DNA of 64,000 bases from an uncultured Gammaproteobacteria bacterium (GCA_964538435.1 CAZIDX010000001.1:393-64392), one strand, 5' to 3'. Numbered from the stretch's first letter, positions 18,709 to 31,585 are shown. The notes: a model not told the origin generated them from the sequence alone. Made by a program: numbers and translations.

Positions 18709-20859
18709 CTACAAAAACAACCTTACCAACCTAAGCTCATCATACCTGTACCTCTCCCCAAGCTGATGATACACCGCAGTAATCGACGTCCCCCCAGACG
18801 CCTTGAACCCAGCCACCATCGCATCAAACGCCTCCTTGTGCGGCTTCAGATGCTCAATATCCTCAAGCTCTCCAGCCCTCACCAGTTTTTCAAGATGCTG
18901 AATGATTGTGCCTTTGCTCAGCTTGCGTTCGTCCGCAACCTGCATAATCGACATCTTCTTTTCAAACAAGGCTTTAGTCTCCTCGAGCGTGCTACTGCTT
19001 CGAGTCGGTCTGCTACTAATCCTCGTTGCTTTCTTTTCAGGAACAGGAATCTCCTCCACATTGTTCTCATCTATATACGCCGCAATGCACTCCAAGAACG
19101 CTTTTCCAAACGCCTCTACTTTTTGCTTTCCAACACCAAAGAGATTTGAAAAGGCTTCCATGCTAGAAGGGAAGTAGTACGCCATTTGGTGCAGTGTGCG
19201 GTCGCCAAAGATGACGAACGGGGGAACATTCTGCTCGTCTGCGATCTCTTTACGCAGCGCACGGAGTTTTTCAAATGCCTCAAGATCGTAATCAAGGTTC
19301 GTCTTTACTTTACTTAGCTTTGTCTTTTTCGCAGGGGTCTGTGCAACCGTTGTCACAGGGAGATGAATAGCTTCCTTATTCGTCAGAGCACGCTTTCCTT
19401 TCGCACTCACACTAAGCGTCGGATACTCTCCCGTGCTTAGCTCCAGATACCCGCGCTTCTTCAGTGCATGCGCATACTCACGCAGCGCGCCCGTAGGAAT
19501 TTCCTTTGCAATACCGTGGACAGAGAGTTTGTCATGCCCGAGCTCGAGCAGACGCTTTCTCTTGGACCCATGGAGCACATCACAAACATGCGCAGCACCA
19601 AAGCGTTCTCCTGTTTTGAGAATCGCTGAGATAATCATCTGAGAGATTTCTGTAGCAACAGCTTCCTCAACAGGCGCCTGAGCACAGTTATCACATGTCT
19701 CGCACTCTGTGGCTGCATCTTGTTCGCCAAAATACATGAGCAGATAAAAGCGTCTGCAGACCTCGTTCTGGCAGTACTCAACAACGTCATCGAGCTTACG
19801 CAAGGCCGTCATCTTTTCATGCTCACTGTCGATGTGATTGATAAAGTACTCCTGCTTACGCCGATCGCCATACGAGTAAAACAAAACGCAATCACTCGGC
19901 AGTCCGTCGCGCCCAGCACGGCCCGTTTCCTGATAGTAACTCTCAATCGTCTTTGGAAGATCCATATGCACAACAAGTCGCACATCAGGCTTATCGATTC
20001 CCATTCCAAACGCAATCGTCGCAACAATAATCTCAGTCTCATCTCGAATAAACCGATCCTGCACACGCACACGCTCTTTCTTAGGAAGCCCAGCATGATA
20101 CGCAGCAGCCTTAAGCCCAACATTCGAGAGTCTGCGAGCTGTGTCCTCGGTGTCCTTCCGCGAAAAGCAATACACAATAATCGACTCTCCCTTGCGAGAC
20201 TTGAGCAGCTTTGCAAGCTCAGTAAATGTATTAAGCTTTGGCCTCACACTGTAATGAAGGTTTTCTCGGTTAAAACTGGAAACAAAAACCTCACCTTTTT
20301 TAATGCTGAGCTGATCCAAAATATCCTTCCGCACAATCGGCGTTGCTGTGGCTGTAAGCGCAATCACCGGAGCGCCTGAGACTCTGCGGCGCAGCATGCT
20401 CAGGTTGCGATACTCAGGTCTAAAATCATGCCCCCACTCAGAAATACAATGTGCCTCATCAATGGCAAGTAGACTCACCTCAAGAGACTCAAGAAACTCA
20501 GTAAACCCAAATGCATTCACACGCTCAGGAGCAAGATACAAAATCTTCAGCTCACCAGAAACTGCTTTCTTCTTCACAGCCTCCCGCTCCATTTTCGTAA
20601 GCGAGCTATTCAAAAACGCAGCAGAGATCCCGTTGGCACAGAGCGCATCCACCTGGTCCTTCATCAGAGCAATAAGAGGGGAGACCACGAGCGTGATTCC
20701 AGGAAGCATCAGAGCCGGTAGCTGAAAACACAAAGACTTACCACCTCCAGTCGGCATCAAAACAAAAGCGTCCTTGCCAGAGAGAACTGTATCAATAACC
20801 TCCTTCTGCAAAGGACGAAACTCATCATAACCAAAATGATCTTTCAAAAGTTTCTCCAT
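18709..20859 (-). CDS. recQ: DNA helicase RecQ
   Basis: MPTGGGKSLC; DEAHCISEWGHDFRPEY; QETGRAGRDG; RQC Zn cluster; HRDC domain. Confidence 0.97.
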   Translation of the reverse strand: MEKLLKDHFGYDEFRPLQKEVIDTVLSGKDAFVLMPTGGGKSLCFQLPALMLPGITLVVSPLIALMKDQVDALCANGISAAFLNSSLTKMEREAVKKKAVSGELKILYLAPERVNAFGFTEFLESLEVSLLAIDEAHCISEWGHDFRPEYRNLSMLRRRVSGAPVIALTATATPIVRKDILDQLSIKKGEVFVSSFNRENLHYSVRPKLNTFTELAKLLKSRKGESIIVYCFSRKDTEDTARRLSNVGLKAAAYHAGLPKKERVRVQDRFIRDETEIIVATIAFGMGIDKPDVRLVVHMDLPKTIESYYQETGRAGRDGLPSDCVLFYSYGDRRKQEYFINHIDSEHEKMTALRKLDDVVEYCQNEVCRRFYLLMYFGEQDAATECETCDNCAQAPVEEAVATEISQMIISAILKTGERFGAAHVCDVLHGSKRKRLLELGHDKLSVHGIAKEIPTGALREYAHALKKRGYLELSTGEYPTLSVSAKGKRALTNKEAIHLPVTTVAQTPAKKTKLSKVKTNLDYDLEAFEKLRALRKEIADEQNVPPFVIFGDRTLHQMAYYFPSSMEAFSNLFGVGKQKVEAFGKAFLECIAAYIDENNVEEIPVPEKKATRISSRPTRSSSTLEETKALFEKKMSIMQVADERKLSKGTIIQHLEKLVRAGELEDIEHLKPHKEAFDAMVAGFKASGGTSITAVYHQLGERYRYDELRLVRLFL

Positions 20860-21157
20860 AGAAAAATATAAGCAAACAAAAAAACGGCCTGCGGCCGCGT
20901 TCTTCCTACGCAATTCGTAAATTGAGTCTAACGTCGTTTTCACGTTTTGTCAAAAAACGAATCCACACCCTCATCTCCAAACTATTGACAAATCAATACG
21001 CCCACCTTCAGGTCGAGGATCAAGACGAACTCGACTAACCAGAGCACGACACTCTGACCCCCCCAAAAGGGGGTTTTCATTTTCAAACACGTAAAAACGT
21101 AACAAAACGTAACCCGGTTACGGAGTTTTAGCTAAGGTAAGTACTTTTGTCGAGGTC

Positions 21158-21195
21158 TTAGGCACATATGCGTCGATCGTCGCATATGTGCCTAA
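21158..21195. repeat. Palindrome with perfect 15-bp arms and a central CGATCG
   Basis: TTAGGCACATATGCG-TCGATCGT-CGCATATGTGCCTAA. Confidence 0.9.
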
Positions 21196-21254
21196 ACAAA
21201 AAGCTTCGAGCTGAAGTCCGAGGGCCTTCGGTGGAGTATTAGAAAAGAGCAGCT

Positions 21255-22142
21255 CTACGCTGCTCCGTGATAGCTGTCCAAGAAGTCTTGCATGGCCTGG
21301 AAGTACCGCGCAGACACCTGGTAGTCCTCCTTGAACCGCGCATGCTCCCGGAAAGGTGCCATGCAGGTTCTGTAGATGTAGCATTGACGGCAAGCGCTGT
21401 CATCTTGCTCGCTGCTGCCCATCGCCTTGCAGATCGGACAGATGTCGTAGCGGTAGCTGACTCGACCACTGCGCTCGAAGTTGCCAAGCTTGACCCTCAG
21501 GCCCTCCCGCACGACCCTGAGCTGTGCAGGGCTCAGCTTGACAAGCTCAGCGCATGTCAGGTTGTCGAGACAAACATCATCGTCCACGACCAGCATCTTG
21601 AAGACTTTGAGGTCGTCGATGTGGTTAGGGTACAGGGCGAGGTAGACATCGCACGCAGTGCGCTCCTCGTTCGTGATCTCGCGCCGATTGTACGCATGCG
21701 CCTGAAAACCCATCTTGCGCAGGAACTTCCCAAACGCAAACGGCTCAGCATCCCTGTCAGCATCCAGGTAGATCATGCTCTTCAGGTACATGAGGTGGAT
21801 GTCGTCCGGCTTCTCTCCGCTCTTGACCAGATCGTGGTGATGGTTCGCGGCGATGTCTCGCAGCTCTGCCATGAGCCGACGAGCAATACCGCGGCCACGG
21901 TACAGCGGGATCACAGTGAAGTTGCGGAACGTCAGGTGGTACATGCTCAGCGTGTACTGCACCCAACCAACAACCTGGTCGCCCTTGTAGCACACGAGCG
22001 TGCACTCGTCCTTACCAAGAAGCGGGCTAGCCGCGAGCATGGTTTCAAAGTACGGCCCAAACACGTTTTGGAAATGCGGTCGCTTGTGCACACACAGCTC
22101 CAAAGGAAGCGCCTCAGCCCCCTCCAACCGTTCGATTCTCAT
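21255..22142 (-). CDS. GNAT acetyltransferase fused to a Cys-rich C-terminal domain (guest unit)
   Basis: V.PLYRGRGIARRLM acetyl-CoA motif; CPIC...CRQCYIYRTC; TTGACA-N17-TATGGT at 22193. Confidence 0.75.
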   Translation of the reverse strand: MRIERLEGAEALPLELCVHKRPHFQNVFGPYFETMLAASPLLGKDECTLVCYKGDQVVGWVQYTLSMYHLTFRNFTVIPLYRGRGIARRLMAELRDIAANHHHDLVKSGEKPDDIHLMYLKSMIYLDADRDAEPFAFGKFLRKMGFQAHAYNRREITNEERTACDVYLALYPNHIDDLKVFKMLVVDDDVCLDNLTCAELVKLSPAQLRVVREGLRVKLGNFERSGRVSYRYDICPICKAMGSSEQDDSACRQCYIYRTCMAPFREHARFKEDYQVSARYFQAMQDFLDSYHGAA

Positions 22143-22254
22143 AGGAATCTCCCTTCATGGCTTCACCCGACCATAGGCGAATTTCGAGCTTTTGTCAAGG
22201 CTTGCAGGCACAAATGAAACAAATCTGTTATCATTTTTGTATACATATCTGACT

Positions 22255-22452
22255 ATGCCAAACACAAAACGTAAAAACATCTATCCTGGCCTGTACGTGG
22301 CAATCGTCCAAAAGCATCATCAAAAGACCGGACAGTTGACACAGGGCCTTGTAAAGGATTTACTGACCAATAAAGCTAATCATCCACGCGGAATCAAAGT
22401 CCGTCTCGACACAGGAGAAGTCGGCCGCGTGCAGCATATTTTAGAATCGTAA
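22255..22452 (+). CDS. YwbE family protein
   Basis: R..I.PGL.V.IVQK.HQKTG.LT.G.VKDLLT....HPRGIKVRL..G.VGRV. Confidence 0.88.
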   Translation: MPNTKRKNIYPGLYVAIVQKHHQKTGQLTQGLVKDLLTNKANHPRGIKVRLDTGEVGRVQHILES

Positions 22453-22462
22453 ACTCAATCTT

Positions 22463-23284
22463 ATGAAAAACACTCTCGCCATTCTCTTGCTCGCTCTGCT
22501 CGTCTTTGCCGGAGCTGGTTGTGCAGGGCAAGAAGAAACTCAGGAGGAGGTACAAGAACCTCAGGTCGAAGAGGCGGGTCTCTATGAGGAGGCTGACCTC
22601 GATCAGGCCTCGGGGTACGAAGCGCATGCTCCTGGTTACTGGACCTTTAAAATTGTCGTGCCTGGAGAAGGGGAGATCGATTCAAACCTCGCTCTCTTTG
22701 ACGATGGAACCGCGCAAGGGCTCTTTGGCTCTGCAACAGCATATGGAGCCGGCACGCAACACATTAACTACGGAGCAAACGATACAGGTTCATGGGAAAT
22801 GGTTGATGAAAGCACACTCAGATTCGCAGGAGGATCCGTCCAACCGTTCACCGGCACATTCACAAGCGAGACGAGTATGAGCGGATCGCTCATTGACACA
22901 TCAGGATCATCCTGGCCTTGGACAGCAATCAAGACTGGTGAGATCGACAGAGTACTCGAGATTGCAGGTGAGTGGATGCTCAACTTCACTGTGAACGGAC
23001 AGGAGCGATTCGAAGAGCTTCGCTGCGCACCAAACGGTCTGTGTGAAGTTGTGTGGGAGAAGTATCCAGGTGTCTACGAGGGTGCGCCAAGCGAAGAGCG
23101 TTTCTACACATACCACCACGCCGGAGGATATGATTTCCAACTCGAATCCACTGACGGCAGCCTAAGCCTGGACCTCACAGCAGGATGGGAAGATTACTGG
23201 GGAGGATGGGAAGCAGACGGAACAGCAACGAACAACGGGGACGGCTCATCAGATAGCGCCTCTGGAGTAAAAATGGCAAATTAA
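22463..23284 (+). CDS. Putative lipoprotein
   Basis: Signal peptide ending AGAGC (typical CPR lipobox); acidic beta-rich body. Confidence 0.8.
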   Translation: MKNTLAILLLALLVFAGAGCAGQEETQEEVQEPQVEEAGLYEEADLDQASGYEAHAPGYWTFKIVVPGEGEIDSNLALFDDGTAQGLFGSATAYGAGTQHINYGANDTGSWEMVDESTLRFAGGSVQPFTGTFTSETSMSGSLIDTSGSSWPWTAIKTGEIDRVLEIAGEWMLNFTVNGQERFEELRCAPNGLCEVVWEKYPGVYEGAPSEERFYTYHHAGGYDFQLESTDGSLSLDLTAGWEDYWGGWEADGTATNNGDGSSDSASGVKMAN

Positions 23285-23607
23285 AATTCAAAGATAAAAC
23301 ACCCCATAAAACGGGTGTTTTTGATTTTGCCTGGACCGATAACATTGACAAAATGGCGAAAATCGAGTATTCTCCAATCTTCTTTACCCAATACCAAGGC
23401 AACTATCGCAGCCAAAAATTGCATAGAAACACTCCATGTTCCCTCATGAACAACAACAGCTCAGAGGTTTTTGCAGGGAGTTTTTGTTTTGTGGTCGCTC
23501 GTGCTCAATGGAGGCTTTGCACGGGTTGTCACCGAACAGGTATTACGCCTGAAACGAACAACCTCCCATGCGCTTTTTGCGCTTCCTGTTCATCACAAGG
23601 AGACTTC

Positions 23608-26430
<2,823 letters not shown>

Positions 26431-26528
26431 CCCCAACGCTAGGGGTTCACGGAACCGAGTCTCTCTGAGGCTCGGTTCTTTCGTTTCCAAAAACTTCCAA
26501 TCGTTGTTATGATGAATCAAATAACAAT

Positions 26529-27851
26529 ATGGAAGAAGAAAACAACAAAAACACGAAAGTTCTCGTTACAATGATCGTTTTGCTCGCTGCGCTTCTTGCT
26601 GCTTTTGGCACTTGGGCATATCTGGCTTACGTAGCCCCAGATCAAGAAGAGGTCGTTCAAGACGAGTTGGATATTCAGACGGAAGATGAAGTCTCTGTCA
26701 GCGATGAGACCAGTCGTGCAAACATCGCCTCACCAGCCGGCCTTGATTACAGTGAAGACGAGCTTGTCTACGACGGCAATGCTCCGGTGTACGTGACGCT
26801 TTACTCACACAATGAAGACTCATGGGAGTACAAAGTAAACTCTCCAGACAAGTATTACAGCTATCGCGAGGATCTCATTCACCGCTCAGAAGTCATTGCA
26901 GAATACGGAATCGAGTGGAACTGGCAGACGGATCAGCCAGTTGTCGAAGCAATGGTTGAGTACGAGTTTGATCCAGGGTTTAAGGCCACCTACGAGCTCT
27001 CAGGGGATGCGAACAAAAACGTACTTGAGTACCTAGAAACGCTGGGTGTGCATTTTGATCCACATGCGCACACGAATAACTACGCAGACATCGCCTTTAT
27101 CATGGAGGAATTCCTGGGAGTGGATGCAACACCTGTGATCGGCGGACTCACGCATGTTGAATGCGGGCGTGAGCTTTACGGATTCCTCGACTACATGAGC
27201 TGGCATGAGCAAATCGATCTGCAGCCTGATGGCTATGTGTATGGTGAAGACTATTCAGAAGCCAAGTGGAAGCCAGAGATTCTCTCAGATCCGGGAATGG
27301 GTGGGCATTATTTTGATGACTACAGCATTGGAGTCTGGAAGCCGGGGAACGAGGATAGTTTCTATAATCATTACCCAAACAACGACATTGTCTACATTGG
27401 TGAAGGGTATCCTCACGACACAACGGTTATTGGCACACACCATGCCAGCGGAGCAACAGTTTGGGCAGAGGATGGTGCATACATCAAAGAGCTCGTTGAA
27501 AAAATCGAAAGCAGTGAGCTGCCAACTGGTCTTGTGACCGGAGAAAAGTTTATGTACACCGTGTCGGTTCACATGCGTGACACTGAGACTGTTACAGAGG
27601 GGGGTGGCGAGCCAGTGAACACCGCAGATGGAATTTCAGATTTCCTTGATGAGCTTGCGCCACTTCGAGACGCTGGGAAAATCGTTTACGTTGATTTCGA
27701 AGAGGCAGCGCGCATTTGGCAGGACGAGTTCAACGCACTCCCGTACTTTGTCAGCCTAGAATCGTTTTCATTCTACAACGAGCTTCGATCTGAAGCTGGA
27801 GACTTCTGCGAGGCAAGGCTCGAACTAGAGACTAAGCGACCACAGCGGTGA
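26529..27851 (+). CDS. Exported hypothetical protein, possibly a metal-binding carbohydrate-esterase-like fold
   Basis: N-terminal TM; SHNED and PHAH motifs; fold assignment tentative. Confidence 0.7.
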   Translation: MEEENNKNTKVLVTMIVLLAALLAAFGTWAYLAYVAPDQEEVVQDELDIQTEDEVSVSDETSRANIASPAGLDYSEDELVYDGNAPVYVTLYSHNEDSWEYKVNSPDKYYSYREDLIHRSEVIAEYGIEWNWQTDQPVVEAMVEYEFDPGFKATYELSGDANKNVLEYLETLGVHFDPHAHTNNYADIAFIMEEFLGVDATPVIGGLTHVECGRELYGFLDYMSWHEQIDLQPDGYVYGEDYSEAKWKPEILSDPGMGGHYFDDYSIGVWKPGNEDSFYNHYPNNDIVYIGEGYPHDTTVIGTHHASGATVWAEDGAYIKELVEKIESSELPTGLVTGEKFMYTVSVHMRDTETVTEGGGEPVNTADGISDFLDELAPLRDAGKIVYVDFEEAARIWQDEFNALPYFVSLESFSFYNELRSEAGDFCEARLELETKRPQR

Positions 27852-27852
27852 T

Positions 27853-28752
27853 ATGAAAAGGATCAAACACATTCTAGACACATTCATGCTTGGAAACATC
27901 AAGCAGGTTAAGGACGTTCCATCAAGCGGGAACGTTCTTTTTGATATTGAATCTGACCAAGGGCGCTACTTCCTAAGATTCAACCCCTCAGGTGGACCTC
28001 GTCACAGAACAGAAGAGGAGGTGCACGCTGAGATCGAGGTGCTTGATTTGCTCAAGGAAAAGGGAATTCCAGTTGAGTCTGCTGTTCAAAACAATGACAA
28101 CCAACGTGTGTTCTCGCATGAAAACGCTTTTGGCTATCTGAGAAATCACATTGAGGGTGAATACAAAAATGATCCAAGCGTTGAGGATGTAAAAAAAGTA
28201 GGGGAGCTGCTTGGAAAGATTCATGCAATCACGCAGGACTATCAAACAAAGCACGAACGCAAACATCGCTGGGATCTAGAAAATGCCAAGCAGTTTCTCA
28301 AAGAAAAGGCCGAGATCATGCCGCTTGGCGTAAAAGCTCGAATTGAAAAAGAGTTTGAGAATATGGAGTTCGGAAGCAATCTGCCAACCGGCATGCTTCA
28401 CGAAGACCTTGGAAAGCGACATGTGCTCTGGAAGGATGATGAGATCGTCGGTGTGATCGACTTTGACCGCATGTACCACGGTCCACTCATCCTAGATGTG
28501 GGGCAAGCGATTCGCGGATGGTGCTTTTACGGAGATTGGGAGGAATTCAGCGAAGAAAGATTTGAGGCATTCCTGAGCGGATATGAGTCCGTGCGCAAAC
28601 TCACATCAGAAGAAAAAGACGTGCTCATGGACGCACTGCGTTTTGCCCTGCTCGAGCGCGCCATGTCATTCATCGTCCGCTTCGCAGAAATGACAGAAGA
28701 CCCAGAAGACAAAAAATTCGCCTACGACACTATGAACTTGGTAGGGAAATAG
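27853..28752 (+). CDS. APH/homoserine-kinase type II-like phosphotransferase
   Basis: LPTGMLHEDL; VIDFD. Confidence 0.85.
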   Translation: MKRIKHILDTFMLGNIKQVKDVPSSGNVLFDIESDQGRYFLRFNPSGGPRHRTEEEVHAEIEVLDLLKEKGIPVESAVQNNDNQRVFSHENAFGYLRNHIEGEYKNDPSVEDVKKVGELLGKIHAITQDYQTKHERKHRWDLENAKQFLKEKAEIMPLGVKARIEKEFENMEFGSNLPTGMLHEDLGKRHVLWKDDEIVGVIDFDRMYHGPLILDVGQAIRGWCFYGDWEEFSEERFEAFLSGYESVRKLTSEEKDVLMDALRFALLERAMSFIVRFAEMTEDPEDKKFAYDTMNLVGK

Positions 28753-28769
28753 AAAACACACCCAATCCC

Positions 28770-29354
28770 TCAGGTGTGCGCAAGTGTTTCCGGAAAATAT
28801 TCCAGAAAGGACTCGTAGAACACGGGCCCTTTTTTTGTATACGTAGCTTCCACGATCACAACTCGAGTCCGTGCATGCCCAAGCTGTGTGTAGTCACCTT
28901 CCTCCAAGTGTCTCTGGCCCCAGGCCCTCCGGATCACCCTGTAGACCCCAGGAACGTTTTTCAAGTCCCAAGACTTCCGTGTTCCTCGAAAGCCTCGGTC
29001 AGGCTGCCAGTCATACACACCACGGCTCATCCAGTGCAGACCACGGGACACCCAGAACCGCAAGTGTGTAAGAGCAGGTGCGTGGACGTAGAAGATGAGG
29101 TTGTATTCATCGAGTTGCATGAGCGCCTTGCTGCCGAATGCGTGGATGTCCTCGATGAGCCAGATCGTATCCACATCAGCCGGATCGATGTATCTGGGAT
29201 CGGCTAGGTAAGTGTCAGCAGGATTCCTCTCCCTTGAGTACCCATCCACGTCCACTTGCACAACCTTGTGCCGCTGCGCATGGAGTGTCTTGGCAAGGTG
29301 TCGTCGAAACGAACTCTTCCCAACATTCCCCAGTCCAGTGATCAGAACGAGCAT
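28770..29354 (-). CDS. P-loop NTPase/kinase-like protein (guest unit)
   Basis: ITGLGNVGKS Walker A; SD GGAGG; TTGACT-N17-TAAGGT upstream. Confidence 0.75.
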   Translation of the reverse strand: MLVLITGLGNVGKSSFRRHLAKTLHAQRHKVVQVDVDGYSRERNPADTYLADPRYIDPADVDTIWLIEDIHAFGSKALMQLDEYNLIFYVHAPALTHLRFWVSRGLHWMSRGVYDWQPDRGFRGTRKSWDLKNVPGVYRVIRRAWGQRHLEEGDYTQLGHARTRVVIVEATYTKKGPVFYESFLEYFPETLAHT

Positions 29355-29447
29355 TAGCGCCTCCAGTCTTGATTCAGGTATTGACCTTAAGTCTCTTGCA
29401 TAAAAAAGTCAAAAGGAAAACTCAGCCGAGTGGCTGAGTCCGTGACG

Positions 29448-29606
29448 TTACGCTCCAAGGGTAAGACCCCCGGCAGCGAAATCTGAGGCAATCACTTCAA
29501 TCAGGTTGAGTACTGATAGAAGTGACGTCTCAAGCTGGCCCGCAAGGAGCGGGAAGAAGAGTTGAAGGACCAGCAATGTCATCACGAGCATAAAGAGGCT
29601 TCGCAT
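29448..29606 (-). CDS. Small 52-aa hydrophobic protein, not in the ORF track
   Basis: MRSLFMLVMTLLVLQLFFPLLAGQLETSLLSVLNLIEVIASDFAAGGLTLGA*; lies between TTGACA-N17-TATTAT (29775) and hairpin 29417-29440. Confidence 0.5.
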   Translation of the reverse strand: MRSLFMLVMTLLVLQLFFPLLAGQLETSLLSVLNLIEVIASDFAAGGLTLGA

Positions 29607-29843
29607 ATGGATCGTTGGTTAGATCCAGGGGCCGCAGAGCTGACTAAGCCCTGAGTCGGATGACGTTTGCATGGTCACCTCATCCCTTGGGGTAATCCGC
29701 CGAAACTCAGCACATCGCTCCAAGAGACAAGAGACATTTGTGGGACATACGATAATAGCAAGAAAACCGTCTTTTGTCAACCCAAAAGATGTCCATGAAT
29801 AACAAAAATGCTCAATCGAAAAACCCCACCGGAGTGAGGTCTG

Positions 29844-30038
29844 CTAGCCAACGCCGTCTTGCGTCAGGCCAGTGTCGTAGGAGAGGTCTTCGAGCTCGCT
29901 GGCAGACTCCTGCGCTTGATGCCAGTGTTTGAAATGAGTATGCATAGAGCGAGCGAAGTACCAGGGGAGTAGCGCGACCACTGCCGCTGCCACCAGGAAA
30001 TCCCAGTTCTTGCGAACCCAGGCGAGTTTAGTGTTCAT
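29844..30038 (-). CDS. Small single-TM protein
   Basis: MNTKLAWVRKNWDFLVAAAVVALLPW...; overlaps the 3' end of the pilin-like gene; terminator follows. Confidence 0.6.
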   Translation of the reverse strand: MNTKLAWVRKNWDFLVAAAVVALLPWYFARSMHTHFKHWHQAQESASELEDLSYDTGLTQDGVG

Positions 30039-30426
30039 GCGCAAGCACCCTGATTGTCGCCGAACAATACTTCTCGCCATTGAGTCTGTGGCAACACACC
30101 AGGAACGGCTGCTCCTTCTCACGCACATCGAATGCGCGCACGGTGTAGCCTGCCTGCTCACAGCGCTTGCATCCAAGCTGCTTTGCCTCCTCAGTGGTCC
30201 AGGTGTGAGCAACCCAAGCGTCGAAGTAGCCGACTGCCTCCACCGCTTCGATGGCATCCTGCTCCGTGATCTTTCTCGTGTTCACAACTGTCTGCTCACC
30301 ATCCTCAAGCCCCATGGCACGCTCGCGCATGGCAATGAAGCTCGGGATCGCAATAGCAGCAATGATGCCGATCATGGCGATGACGACCATCAGCTCGATC
30401 AGGGTGAATGCGCGCTCGCTACTCAT
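30028..30426 (-). CDS. Type IV pilin-like protein
   Basis: RA|FTLIELMVVIAMIGIIAAIAIPSF prepilin motif. Confidence 0.88.
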   Translation of the reverse strand: MSSERAFTLIELMVVIAMIGIIAAIAIPSFIAMRERAMGLEDGEQTVVNTRKITEQDAIEAVEAVGYFDAWVAHTWTTEEAKQLGCKRCEQAGYTVRAFDVREKEQPFLVCCHRLNGEKYCSATIRVLAHEH

Positions 30427-30581
30427 CGGCTGACCTCGGAGGTCTCCTCGACCTGAGCAGGCTCATGCGCGCTGTTCCACTTCTCATTGTATTGATGTGC
30501 GACGTACATGACGATTGCAATCGCGATGATGAACAGCACGATCATGATCTCACCAACACCGAATCCTCTCAGGAATCTCAT
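30423..30581 (-). CDS. Short prepilin-like peptide (52 aa), not in the ORF track
   Basis: MRFLRG|FGVGEIMIVLFIIAIAIVMYV...; SD AAAGGAG; ATGA overlap with the next gene; TTGACA-N17-TAATGT at 30632. Confidence 0.65.
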   Translation of the reverse strand: MRFLRGFGVGEIMIVLFIIAIAIVMYVAHQYNEKWNSAHEPAQVEETSEVSR

Positions 30582-30698
30582 TGAAGGCTCTCCTTTCTCC
30601 AGACAACGACATTACGCAGAAGATGCAGTTTTGTCAAGAATCAGAAAACCCCACCAGCGGCGGGGTCGTTGTCGAATATCTCGGCTTTCTCTACTCGC

Positions 30699-31082
30699 TC
30701 ATCTCTTGAAAAGGATGATGCAAGCCTTGTGTGTGCCAGTGCCTCGGCAGCACACTAGGAAGTTGTGCTCCTCCTCGTGAGAGTCCGAGGCTGTGACTTC
30801 GTACGCACGCAGGTCACGACACGCACAATCACTGTTCCTGAGGTCATGACCCCAGTCCTTGGTTATGATCGGGGAGAGATACCCCGCGTTCGTCATGGTC
30901 ACGAGTGCATCACCAGCCGTGGGATAGCGATCTTCCGTGCTCAGTCCATGATTGACATTGTCGTTCTTGGGTCTCTCTTGCATCGCAATGAAGTTCGGGA
31001 TCACGATCGCTGCCAGCAGGCCCACGATTGCACACACGACCATCAACTCGATCAGCGTCAAGCCGCTACGGCTCTTGTTCAT
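30699..31082 (-). CDS. Type IV pilin-like protein, paralogue of 30028-30426
   Basis: RSG|LTLIELMVVCAIVGLLAAIVIPNF; shared GY...W...C...FLVCC...C domain; SD GGAGG. Confidence 0.88.
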   Translation of the reverse strand: MNKSRSGLTLIELMVVCAIVGLLAAIVIPNFIAMQERPKNDNVNHGLSTEDRYPTAGDALVTMTNAGYLSPIITKDWGHDLRNSDCACRDLRAYEVTASDSHEEEHNFLVCCRGTGTHKACIILFKR

Positions 31083-31114
31083 GATTCCCTCCAGGGTCAG
31101 AAGCAAGAGACAAT

Positions 31115-31218
31115 AATAGTCAAAAAACCATCATTTGTCAACCAGGGGATACCATATAAGTGCCGATCGGACCTTATATGGTATCCCCAAAGAGTATTCA
31201 GCCCAATTAGAAAACCCG
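31115..31218. repeat. 104-bp repeat copy A (terminator tail + palindrome + promoter)
   Basis: Matches 33662-33765 at 102 of 104 positions by manual alignment. Confidence 0.95.
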
Positions 31219-31300
31219 TCTACACTCAACTGAGTATTGACGGGTCGTGACCGTTAATGCACTTCAGACACCGGACCAGCTGGTCCGCAGCTCAAGTACT

Positions 31301-31585
31301 CTAACGCTCTTGTCGTTCGTCCAGGAGCTGTTGCTGCTCCTTCATGCGGTCGTTGAGCTCCTCGAGCTCTTCGAGCACAGCCGGTCCGTTGGCGAACCAG
31401 CGCACGAGCTGCAGGCGCATCTCCGTGCTGCAGTGGCGCAGCAGGTACTCGGCAACAGCCATGGCGATGCCGCGCTTGATCAGCTCGCGGAAGATCAGCA
31501 GGACCGCGATGATGCCGATCAGGCTGATGACCTCGCTGAGGATGCTGATGATCTGAGCGGTTCCGATGAGTCCTTCTTCCATCAC
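31301..31585 (-). CDS. Small membrane protein with coiled-coil tail
   Basis: Overlaps the SPFH stop codon; N-terminal TM. Confidence 0.65.
   Translation of the reverse strand: MMEEGLIGTAQIISILSEVISLIGIIAVLLIFRELIKRGIAMAVAEYLLRHCSTEMRLQLVRWFANGPAVLEELEELNDRMKEQQQLLDERQER

Noticed and set aside
23353-23607. N-terminal extensions in the ORF track (also recQ, tgt, dnaJ, IMPase, dnaB)
   Set aside because: The extensions run through promoter boxes; downstream starts fit SD sites, signal peptides or family N-termini better.
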